DNA from: Octopus sinensis
Lineage: Eukaryota
Direction of reading: 5' to 3'
Assembly (NCBI RefSeq): GCF_006345805.1
Contig: NW_021834998.1
Span: forward strand, 1-43,156
Length of the DNA: 43,156 nucleotides
Shown here: positions 12,441 to 20,796 of the stretch, one piece after another
Layout of the letters: each line of letters opens with the position of its first letter
Numbering within the stretch: the first letter of the stretch is position 1
The notes under the pieces: model-generated
What the model saw: the letters and a program-made list of their open reading frames with translations, nothing else
Databases searched by the model: none
What the model was told of the DNA's origin: nothing
Position numbers and translations under genes: made by a program

Positions 12441-13556
12441 TTAATTTTGTTTTTGCGTAGATATAGTGGGTGTCGCAGTTTTCAAAGTGTTTGACATGGA
12501 TTCAGAGATATCGTCAGTCTGAACCTCAGCATCCACGAATTTTGTACTTTTATTAAAGTTCCATCCTTTCCAGGTATTTTGTACTTTCACGTTTCCTGTT
12601 TCAGTTTTGATCGTTTTTCCTTGTATTTTCATTGCGGGAGATGTATCAAATTTCAGTTTAGTAGACTGATCTGTAGTTTTCCGAGGTAATCTCTTTTTAA
12701 GAAGCTCCTTGACAACAGGACATCCTCCATAGTTGGCCATGTGTGTTGAGGATCCACAGTTTATGCACTTGGTAGGGTAGTTTCCAGTCAGAGGACATTC
12801 CGAACGGGTATGTGGGCCCTCACAAATGAGACATCTCACTTTTTCTTTACAGAACCGTGAGATATGTCCGAAACGCTGGCAGCGGAAACATTGCGTGTCT
12901 GGTTGCTTGTACCAACTACAGAAAATTTCGCGGAAACCAATTTTCAACCCCATTCGTATGAGAGAGGCTGCTTCACCCCTAGAGGGGATGGTCACTTTAG
13001 CCAGAGGAAGTGGACTTCCATTTCGGAAAAATCTCTCAACCAAAAACCCCGGAGAGATTAGTTTACCCAGATACTTTACAAGTTCCTCGGTTCCAACCCA
13101 GTTCGGGAGGTTCCTAAGCATTATCGCGGACGCACGTGGCTTTGCCTCCTCGATTTTGTGGCCATTTGGTCCAAAGGGCTGGGTATACTTACAGTAGTCA
13201 ACAAAGGCCGAAAGATCCTCTTTACTTTTGAAATCCAAAACGTAGTCGCCCGAGTGACGACGTGTCACTCGAGCCTTACAAGCGATTTCACAACCACAAA
13301 GTGTGTTTGCTATCTCAATAGAATCGAGCTCTGAGTTGTGTATTGATAGTACAATACTCAGGCATACAGATGGCACGGAGGCCGGGATAGATGGCACGGA
13401 GGCCGGGATAGATGGCACGGAGGCCGAGATAGATGGTACAGAGGTCGAGATAGAAGGCACAGAGGCCGAAATAGAGCGCACAGAAGCCGAGATTGATGGC
13501 ACAGAAGCCTGGATATTCGGGGATTTAAAATTCTTCTTGGATTTTGAATAATTCAT
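12441..13556 (-). CDS. LINE ORF1 nucleic-acid-binding protein with three CCHC knuckles
   Basis: CFRCQRFGHISRFC, CLICEGPHTRSEC and CINCGSSTHMANYGGC, plus an N-terminal 7-aa repeat (ASVPSI[S/P]). Confidence 0.88.
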   Translation of the reverse strand: MNYSKSKKNFKSPNIQASVPSISASVRSISASVPSISTSVPSISASVPSIPASVPSIPASVPSVCLSIVLSIHNSELDSIEIANTLCGCEIACKARVTRRHSGDYVLDFKSKEDLSAFVDYCKYTQPFGPNGHKIEEAKPRASAIMLRNLPNWVGTEELVKYLGKLISPGFLVERFFRNGSPLPLAKVTIPSRGEAASLIRMGLKIGFREIFCSWYKQPDTQCFRCQRFGHISRFCKEKVRCLICEGPHTRSECPLTGNYPTKCINCGSSTHMANYGGCPVVKELLKKRLPRKTTDQSTKLKFDTSPAMKIQGKTIKTETGNVKVQNTWKGWNFNKSTKFVDAEVQTDDISESMSNTLKTATPTISTQKQN

Positions 13557-13627
13557 TGTGAAATTGTTATTAGTATTTTTCTTTTATTTTGCTCACAAGA
13601 ACACCACGTCACAAACACCTAGAGAAC

Positions 13628-13754
13628 TTTGCCTTGGATGTGATTGGACTTTACGGGGACTGTCCGAGCTCCTCTGGTTAACCTCGACTCCCAGGGACAA
13701 GAAGAGTTGAAGACATTGCTTGTTCAATACTACAATAAGTATCAAATTTACTAG
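13628..13754 (+). pseudogene. HOGA1: HOGA1 C-terminal remainder after the LINE
   Basis: FALDVIGLYG..RAPLVNLDSQGQEELKTLL..Y* aligns with the HOGA1 end [28 protein letters not shown], with one indel. Confidence 0.8.
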
Positions 13755-13864
13755 CAGGACTTATTTACTAATCACTCGTTATCAATTAATATCGATTTGT
13801 TCAGTACTTATTAGTCCTCTTTTGTCGTTCGAGTTTACCATTATGTAAACAAAAATGAAATTTA

Positions 13865-15022
13865 TTAATTCAAAGATTGAATTATGTCATAAAATACAGG
13901 AGAAAGCACTTTTCTGGAACTAGACTGATCTTCTTGTCTAAAAACAAGACAAGTGGGGAATTTCATCGACAGACCAAGATTGATTCGACTACAAAGACGG
14001 TCAACGAACTGCAAAATAAACATCACCACCCTTTCCTCATTCATACGCATCAAACAACTGTGGTGTACGACTATTCCTCGTTCGAAGCCTGAGTCATCCA
14101 AAACCAAGTCAGAATTATTAAAAAGTCCAAATTGTTGCTTTTTGAATAATTCTCAATCTCCTGATCCAATTCCGGAACCATTCTAATCAACTCCTAGCTA
14201 ATATAAATGAAAGCCAACATCGAGTTTGAGGGGGACTGATGCAATTTGTGTTGAAGGACGGTTCGGGTTTGGCTGAATTTCCTTCATGTCTTTCCTGAGT
14301 ATTTGTTCGAAAGTTAAATCTAATAAGTATTTTGATTACTTGACAGGTCGCTCCTAGCAGACCATAATTCTCGGGATATGAGATGCCTCTCCTTCGGATC
14401 CCTACCAAGCAGATCTTCAGAGTATTAATCATCTCCAGATCTCTAGGAGTACCCTTAGAACACGTTTTATGGTCAGTGAATGCGCAATCAAGCAAGATTG
14501 TGTCTAAATTAGCTGACAAGACCAACCATATAACAACTGGGCTAAAATTGTGTCGAATGGTGTCAGAGTGAGCACTTTTTCGGCTACCAATGTCGAACAG
14601 GACCCCACTTTATGAATGAAAACGTGGTCGGGGATTAGACTGAGTGAAGACTCGTCGGTGATTTGGTGATGGTCGACTACTGAAAATAAACATCCAGAAA
14701 GTCGTTTTGAGAATCCGACGGGAAAATTGTGGTCTACCAAAGACAACCTTGTGAATTGAGGATTTGTGGAGAAAGGGAAATTCAAGTCATCAAAGCACAC
14801 CAACAGAGAGTCGTGTATGCCCATTTTGCGGAATAAATACACCACTTCTGTTTTCGTCGGTAATTCTTTACGGTGAGTATTACAAACAGGAATGCAGGTC
14901 CATTCTGGAAAAGCGAAATGGTAGTAGTAGGCCAATCCTATTGCGGACACGACAGAATCCAAATCGCATGATTCATTCCCGACAATGAAATGGACGTGGT
15001 CGGGAATTGAGGATTTGATCAA
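13865..15022 (-). CDS. PRUNE1: Exopolyphosphatase PRUNE (DHH family)
   Basis: GNESCDLDSVVSA, LVDHN, VVDHH, VGSCSTLVAE, TILLDC, EQILRKDMKE and SRKVLSPV motifs; 20-23 nt introns. Confidence 0.88.
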
Positions 15023-15684
15023 CTTTGTCGTTTTATTAAAAATTCCTTTAAACTCATTACAACAAAAAATTTTATTTAGTTTTAATAAACAACTTAAATT
15101 TGATAATTTTCAAATCTTATCAAAAAAATTATAGTTTATAAAAGCTTAGATCGCTTTTTTAATTATCTGAACGTAACTCGACAACTTGAATAAATATTGA
15201 AGGACTGAAGGGGGACAACTGGTAATCCTATGAATAAGAAAGGACACCCTTAATCTTGAGAAAAGACTTGAAAAGATACTAATTCACATTATTTGTACTT
15301 TCCGCCGTACCAAGGTGGTTTTTCACAAAGGAAGATCGACGTTGTGTAGCCACACAAATGAGATGCGCGACCGTCCGATACTCCGCCTGTCAACTTTTGG
15401 GGATCGAGATATCAAAAACATTCGAATCGGTCGAGAAAAGCAGACTCCTACAAATATATGGAGGCAACAATTTGTCCCTTTGATATGGGAATAATATATC
15501 CCCTGGTTAACTTTTATTTCAACTAAAACATGAAATCATCAATTTGAAAAGTTGGATCCCATCTGAACGGGCCAGGAGAAAACACATGAAATACGCTGGA
15601 TATCTACAAATAGAAATTTATAAATTTAATAACTAAATGCAATTCAATTTTTAAATAAAATACTGTTTTTCGTGTGCTGTCTTT

Positions 15685-15980
15685 ATGGGAGTAGTGGAGA
15701 AGTCAAAATATGTGTCAAGAACAGTATTTTGCAATGGAGATTTAAATGAGGCATACAGCACTCTTCAAAAGTACCCTTCCTTGATTGTTTTTAGAATTCT
15801 ATCAAAAGAAAAAATAGATAAAGAATTCAAACGCAATCTTTTTACTGAGCGACCTGCAATCAACGTAACAGAATCGGCAAAGAGCGTTTTATGAGGATTT
15901 ACAACAAGAAAATGGATAGCAAGGTTCAACTAGTCAAAACCATACTTCTGCGTGATAATCCACACCCCTGGAATTGTTAA
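15685..15980 (+). CDS. MRPS21: Mitochondrial ribosomal protein bS21m
   Basis: SKYVSRTVFCNGDLNEAYSTLQK|ILSKEKIDKEFKRNLFTERPAI(Q)RNRIGKERFMRIYNKKMDSKVQLV..DNPHPWNC*. One 24-nt intron and a single-C loss (atc caa -> atcaa). Confidence 0.8.
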
Positions 15981-16683
15981 TTAAACAAAATAAATCTTTT
16001 ATATTGTTGCGAATACTAATTCGAATAATGTCAGCTCTTTGTTTTGTTTTGAATGGCCATGTTCTGAAATTGTTAATTTTAGAAATAAATGACATTTTCT
16101 AAATAGATAATTTCACATAAGAATTATTAATTGATTTCAAGTATTGTAAGAGATTAGGTAGACAGTTTTGCGTATATTCATTCATTCGAGGATTGGTTGT
16201 CAGGCTACTTTCAAAGTAAGTATCTAAATTAAGTATGGACATAATTTACATGCAGAAATAAAATGGATTATGTTAGTGTTTGTTTACTTAGCTATGAACA
16301 GGACGGAAGAGTCAGAACAGATTTTAGGTTTTGAAATTCTGACTTTTAACGTATTTGAGACTCTTGCTGTAAATGTAGCAAAATGACTTATCAGTCTGGT
16401 ATTTATTGTAAACATTAAGTTTTAACAGAAATTGTATCTTTTCTGTCTACGAGCAGATTATATTTTCTTGAATATGCCATTAAGTGAATTTTATTTTATC
16501 AGTAATATTTTGAAAAATTTTCCGAACTATTTGATTGCTAAACAGAAAATTCAGGTCTAAAAAATTAAATCTACAGGATTGCTATAGAACAATACTGTTT
16601 GATAAAAACACATGGCCGGAAAAAATGTTTTCACCACAGGCCTGGATAACGGTGGGCGAAACGTTGAGGGACCAGAGTTAAAA

Positions 16684-16756
16684 CGACCATGGTGGGACTC
16701 GAACCCAGAATCTCCCGATCCGTAGTCGGGTGCATTATCCATTGCGCCACACGGCC
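16684..16756 (-). tRNA. tRNA-Arg (anticodon ACG), 73 nt
   Basis: GGCCGTGTGGCGCAATGGATAATGCACCCGACTACGGATCGGGAGATTCTGGGTTCGAGTCCCACCATGGTCG: paired acceptor stem, A and B boxes, TTTT terminator downstream. Confidence 0.96.
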
Positions 16757-16881
16757 GGTTTTCCGTCTAATGATACCTTATTAAATATTTTTAAATTATT
16801 TGGCATTTCATGAATTACTGTGTTAATTCTACAAATTCTTTAATATCAATTTATACATGATATTAAATTAATTAAGATCGA

Positions 16882-17816
16882 TTAATCGAAGGAAAGGCCA
16901 GCAGCCTGGCGGATTGCCAAACTGTTTCCCCGGATAACGGCGATCGAGAACAGTTGCATTAGCCACTCCACCTCCCGAGGATCGTGAGTGCGCATTGAGA
17001 TTTTTGCTCCAAGCTTGCGGAGGAACTTTTCAGTCTTTGAACCAAGAGCACCCGACGTCTCCGCCGCTATCAGCACCACGGAAAACTTCTCCGAAAGGAC
17101 AGAATATTTGGATAGCTTTAAATCTTCAGCCTTCTTAGAAGCAGATTTAGCCTCCAGAGCACATGAAATTAAATGTGAAGTAGAAAAAGTGTCCCAGCAG
17201 GTTGCATCCGATACGAGACCTTTTCCGCCTTCAAAAAGGAAAAGGGTCATCCCGTCAGGACGTATGATGTCATTCATAGCAAAGTGCCTCGGAAAACGTC
17301 CGGCATTCCTCCTGCACAATAAAGAATGCAGACCAAAAGAGTCAACAGTGCAGTCACAACGACAAACGTGAGAGACATATTGCCTTACCCCGAGAGAGAT
17401 TCCGATCCTTATTAATTCATCGTTGAGGAGAGTCCGTTCGGGAATGCACAAAGCCAAGCTCAACTAGCTGGGGATGCTGCCGAAAGAAGGCAAGCGCGGC
17501 GGTGCTGGTTGGACTACTCGAGCAGCAGATTGAAAGTTTGCTTGCATCTAATTCGATTCCAGGCTCGTTGAGACATTCGATTTTCTGGAAAGTCAAGACC
17601 TTGTTCCCTCCAGACTTCGCTGAAATGCGTCACATTTGTGTCCAAGGAAAATTCAGAAAAAGAGCGTAGAATTTCCATGACAAGTGTGTGGCTCGATTTT
17701 TCATCAGCCCGAAAGACACCAACCGGTTCCAGGATAGACGGGAATCCCGCGGAATTAAAAGCACTTCTAATCACTTTATTCTTATAAATTTTTGAATCTC
17801 TTACAATGTAGGTCAC
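16882..17816 (-). mobile_element. CRE-like RLE retrotransposon C-terminal region, rearranged
   Basis: HVCRCDCTVDSFGLHSLLC..RHFAMNDII|RPDGMTLF..DATCWDT..KLSKY..IAAETSG..SIAVIRGN. The segment SAGFPSILEPVG is displaced to about 17700-17780. Confidence 0.85.
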
Positions 17817-18285
17817 TCTTTTCTTCGAAGAATGAATTTTTGTAAATCAATTAACATTCCACAGACACTTGGTTTTAAGAAAGACATTAGAGAGCATAAA
17901 ATATCTCATTTTAAATTAAACGAAAAATGCAGTGAATGACGGCAAGATTTTATAATTTCAAGAAACGTGATAATTCGAAAAGGGCAAATAATGAGAAATC
18001 GTTTAAAAGAACAAACTTGTCTAAACTCGAGCAGAAGTGCATAATCGAGGAAATATAATTAATTGTTTGATTTTTACTGTTCGATATTTTAATAATATTC
18101 TTGCAATACACGTTGATTTTGATGTCACGTTGAACAAAAAATTAAATTTTAAATCAATTTGTTGGACAATTTACATGCCCATCTTTACTCTCGAATATAT
18201 TTGGCCACATCCTGTAAACAATCAACCAACTTTGATCGAATTTGTGACCATTTCCATAACCGAATGTCAAAAAATTTCACTACAG

Positions 18286-18965
18286 GGGCGACATTACTCC
18301 CAAGTATACTACTCAGAGGACTGTCCTTACAGGGGAGACATTACTCCCAAGTATACTACTCAGAGGACTGTCCTTACAGGGGGGACATTACTCCCAAGTA
18401 TACTACTCAGAGGACTGTCCTTACAGGGGGGACATTACTCCCGAGTATACTACTCAGAGGACTGTCCTTACGGGGGGACATTACTCCCAAGTATACTACT
18501 CAGAGGACTGTCCTTACAGGGGGACATTACTCCCAAGTATACTACTCAGAGGACTGTCCTTACAGTGGGGACATTACTCCCAACTATACTACTCAGAGGA
18601 CTGTCCTTACAGGGGGGACATTACTCCCAAGTATACTACTCAGAGGACTGTCCTTACAGGGGAGACATTACTCCCAACTATACTACTCAGAGGACTGTCC
18701 TTACAGGGGGGACATTACTCCCAAGTAAACTACTCAGAGGACTGTTTTTACAGGGGAGACATTACTCCCAAGTATACTACTCAGAGGACTGTCCTTACAG
18801 GGGGGACATTACTCCCAAGTATACTACTCAGAGGACTGTCCTTACAGGGGGGACATTACTGCCAAGTATACTACTCAGAGGACTGTCGTTACAGGGGGGA
18901 CATTACTCCCAAGTATACTACTCAGAGGACTGTCCTCACAGGGGGGACATTACTCCCAAGTATAC
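18286..18965 (+). repeat. 47-bp tandem array, block 1 (15 units)
   Basis: Unit GGGGGACATTACTCCCAA-GTATACTACTCAGAGGACTGTCCTTACAG, head-to-tail with no spacers. Confidence 0.97.
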
Positions 18966-18974
18966 TAATAATTT

Positions 18975-19728
18975 TTTGATTTTTTGGCGGAAAGGTTTTA
19001 AGGACCTCATCATGTAAGTCGAGGACGTCGTAGTTGTTCATTTTAACCAAAATGCAAAAAAATTTTTTTAATTTTTTTTTGGAGGAAGGTTTTAAGGACC
19101 TTATCATGTAAGTCGAGGACATCGTAGTTGTTCATTTTAACCAAAATGCAGAAAATTTTTTTTTAATTTTTTTTGAGGGGAGGGTTTTAAGGACCTCATC
19201 ATGTAAGTCGAGGACATCGTAGTTGTTCATTTTAACCAAAATGAAGAAAATTTCTTTTTAATTTTTTATTGAAGGGAAAGTTTTAAGGACCTCATCATGT
19301 AAGTCGAGGACATCGTAGTTGTTCATTTTAACCAAAATGCAGAAAATTTTTTTAATTTTTTTTTGAGGGGAGGGTTTTAAGGACCTCATCATGTAAGTCA
19401 AGGACATTGTAGTTGTTCATTTTAACCAAAATGCAGAAAATTTTTTTTTAATTTTTTTGCGGGGAGGTTTTAAGGACCTCATCATGAATGTCGAGGACAT
19501 CGTAGTTGTTCATTTTAACCAAAATGCAGAAAATTTTTTTAATTTTTTTTGGGGGAAGGTTTTAAGGACCTCATCATGTAAGTCGAGGACATCGTAGTTG
19601 TTCATTTTAACCAAAATACAGAAAAAATTTTTTTAATTTTTTTTGGGGGAAGGTTTTAAGGTTTTCATCATGTAAGTCGAGGACATCGTAGTTGTTCATT
19701 TTAACCAAAATGCATAAAATTTTTTTTT
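18975..19728. repeat. About 95-bp tandem array (8 units)
   Basis: The core GGTTTTAAGGACCTCATCATGTAAGTCGAGGACATCGTAGTTGTTCATTTTAACCAAAATGCAG plus T-runs recurs at about 19001, 19095, 19190, 19286, 19380, 19473, 19565 and 19659. Confidence 0.95.
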
Positions 19729-20796
19729 ATTGGGGTCAGTAGGTTAAAAGCATATTGGGGTCAGTAGGTCAGTAGGTGAAGTTGGGGTAAGTAGGTTAAA
19801 ACCATATTGGGGTCAGTAGGTCAGTAGGTGAAGTTGGTGTCAGTAGGTTAAAACCATATTGGGGTCAGTAGGTCAGTAGGTGAAGTTGGGGTCAGTAGGT
19901 TAAAACCATATTGGGGTCAGTAGGTCAGTAGGTGAAGTTGGTGTCAGTAGGTTAAAACCATATTGGGGTCAGTAGGTCAGTAGGTGAAGTTGGTGTCAGT
20001 AGGTTAAAACCATATTGGAGTCAGTAGGTGAAGTTTGTTTCAGTAGGTTAAAACCATATTGGGGTCAGTAGGTCAGTAGGTGAAGTTTGTTTCAGTAGGT
20101 TAAAACCATATTGGGGTCAGTAGGTCAGTATTTGAAGTAGGTGTCAGTAGGTTAAAAACATATTGGGGTCAGTAGGTCACTAGGTGAAGTAGGTGTCAGT
20201 AGGTTAAAAACATATTGGGGTCAGTAGGTCAGTAGGTGAAGTTGGTGTCAGTAGGTAAAAGGCATATTGGGGTCAGTAGGTTAAAAGCATATTGGGGTCA
20301 GTAGGTCAGTAGGTGAAGTTGGTGTCAGTAGGTTAAAACCATATTGGGGTCAGTAGGTCAGTAGGTGAAGTTGGGGTCAGTAGGTTAAAAGCATATTGGG
20401 GTCAGTAGGTCAGTAGGTGAAGTTGGTGTCAGTAGGTTAAAAGCATATAGGGGTCAGTAGGTCAGTAGGTGAAGTTGGTGTCAGTAGGTTAAAACCATAT
20501 TGGGGTCAGTAGGTCAGTAGGTGAAGTTGGGGTCAGTAGGTTAAAAGCATATTGGAGTCAGTAGGTCAGTAGGTGAAGTTGGTGTCAGTAGGTTAAAACC
20601 ATATTGGGGTCAGTAGGTCAGTAGGTGAAGTTGGGGTCAGTAGGTTAAAAGCATATTGGGGTCAGTAGGTCAGTAGGTGAAGTTGGTGTCAGTAGGTTAA
20701 AACCATATTGGGGTCAGTAGGTCAGTAGGTGAAGTTGGGGTCAGTAGGTTAAAACATATTGGGGTCAGTAGGTCAGTAGGTGAAGTTGAGGTTCAG
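19729..20796. repeat. About 52-bp tandem array (about 20 units) with an internal GTCAGTAG sub-repeat
   Basis: Unit GTTAAAACCATATTGGGGTCAGTAG-GTCAGTAG-GTGAAGTTGGTGTCAGTAG. Confidence 0.95.

Larger units (their letters stand above)
9476..13627 (-). mobile_element. Full-length APE-type LINE (ORF1 gag-like plus ORF2 APE-RT) with (ATTC)n 3' tail
   Basis: 13-bp direct repeat TTTGCCTTGGATG at 9463-9475 and 13628-13640. (GAAT)n abuts the left TSD. Both ORFs are recognisable. Confidence 0.93.

Noticed and set aside
9792-13551. Plus-strand ORFs overlapping the LINE (9792, 10339, 11154, 12826 and others)
   Set aside because: Antisense shadows of ORF1/ORF2 with no recognisable motifs.
13619-13627. HOGA1 splice rescue through the CTAG or AGAG acceptors next to the TSD
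   Set aside because: Out of frame with both available donors in the homology-supported frame.
16557-16742. 61-aa ORF MDNAPDYGSGDSGFESHH
   Set aside because: It is a translation of the tRNA-Arg gene and its downstream flank.
18037-19017. 326-aa and similar unspliced ORFs over the 47-bp arrays
   Set aside because: The unit has no plus-strand stop in any frame, so these ORFs just cycle through three frames (47-aa period) and break at G-run changes. They are not evidence of a protein.
18975-19728. Hammerhead ribozyme on the minus strand (TGATGAGGTCC)
   Set aside because: The required stem II closure and GAAA core are absent.
19729-20796. Telomeric repeat
   Set aside because: No TTAGGG-type short unit; the array is internal and has a 52-bp period.
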